Shown here: piece after piece, positions 6,828-7,141 of the stretch
Numbering within the stretch: position 1 is the first letter of the stretch
Layout of the letters: the number at the start of each line of letters is the position of its first letter
Assembly: GCF_002682985.1 (NCBI RefSeq)
Contig: NZ_MKGN01000004.1
Location: 1-7,141, forward strand
Source of the DNA: Candidatus Tremblayella phenacoccinincola
GTDB lineage: Bacteria; Pseudomonadota; Gammaproteobacteria; Burkholderiales; Burkholderiaceae
DNA length: 7,141 bases
Direction: 5' to 3'
Made by a program: the position numbers and the translations under genes
The notes under the pieces: model-generated
The model's input: only the letters and a program-made list of their open reading frames with translations
What the model was told of the DNA's origin: nothing
Databases searched by the model: none

Positions 6828-7141
6828 TTGGACTGCATATACGGCTTGAAGATACGTTTCTTTTGTGGAAAGCCTAGGATATGTGCTATGTTCATAGGTT
6901 CTATAGGAAGCTCTTTTGCTATGGTTCATCTAAGACTGGGTAGCGGGTGTTAGTAGTTATTATTTATTAAGCCTACCGATGTAAAAGGTTAGCCAAGTAT
7001 GTAGGTTAGGTCTCATTATTGAGAAGCGGTTGTTAGGTGTGTATGCATGTTCGAAGTGAAGCTAACAAAGAAGACTGGAGCTACATCATAATACATACCA
7101 CTAACCTAACAGATGCAGCTAACATTGGTTCTCCCTTTTAG

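Noticed and set aside
6843-6874. Possible hairpin GGCTT...AAGCC upstream of pheS as a regulatory stem-loop
   Set aside because: It is only a 5-bp stem closing a 22-nt loop, with weak internal pairing and no adjacent U-tract. It is not distinguishable from chance.
7016-7096. 26-aa - strand mini-ORF (MYYDVAPVFFVSFTSNMHTHLTTASQ*) upstream of pheS as a pheM-like Phe leader peptide
   Set aside because: Only 3 of its 26 residues are Phe. It ends about 250 nt from pheS, has no terminator or antiterminator hairpin with a U-tract, and has only a weak RBS. Phe codons are common in AT-rich sequence.
6997-7112. TTAGG-like words (GTAGGTTAGG; CTAACCTAAC on the other strand) reminiscent of the insect telomeric repeat, hinting at host-derived DNA
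   Set aside because: At most two units occur in tandem, embedded in generally G/T-rich low-complexity sequence and flanked by clearly bacterial genes. This is insufficient to suggest host origin.
1-7141. Search for a novel defence, mobile or secondary-metabolite system (CRISPR repeats, integrase or transposase, toxin-antitoxin pairs, long unassigned ORFs)
   Set aside because: Every long ORF is a recognisable housekeeping gene. There are no spaced direct repeats of CRISPR type, and no terminal inverted repeats enclosing a coding gene. The non-coding flanks contain no ORF of credible length.

Overview
This window is an AT-rich, compact housekeeping block typical of a strongly reduced gammaproteobacterial-type genome. 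The proteins align colinearly with E. coli TrxA, ArgG, TrpRS, PheS and PheT as I recall them. On the + strand are tRNA-Val(UAC), tRNA-Phe(GAA), trxA, argG and trpS. These converge on pheS-pheT on the - strand, and the trpS and pheT stop codons physically overlap. I see no integrase, transposase, CRISPR array, toxin-antitoxin pair, defence gene or unassigned long ORF. I therefore cannot support a claim of a novel multi-gene system here. The three remaining ORF-track entries are antisense artefacts inside real genes. The unusual signals are all non-coding or compositional. (1) Both borders of the gene block (1-360 and 6769-7141) are ORF-free and about 40% GC by hand tally, against roughly 22-28% in the genes. 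That is the reverse of the usual pattern in AT-biased reduced genomes. (2) A spacer at 524-678 has only 3 G in 155 nt and contains a perfect (ACACAT)5 microsatellite. Other short tandem repeats occur nearby. (3) A roughly 25-30 nt motif recurs at both borders, with an inverted partial copy. (4) The palindrome AGCT occurs about 100 times by hand count, roughly 5-fold above base-composition expectation, in coding and non-coding DNA alike. (5) Thioredoxin carries WCGSC instead of WCGPC and Val at the Asp26-equivalent position. (6) tRNA-Phe has G37 and a U-U mismatch in its anticodon stem. The expanded repeat-bearing spacers and extreme protein divergence resemble insect endosymbionts such as whitefly Portiera. 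That assignment is an inference only.
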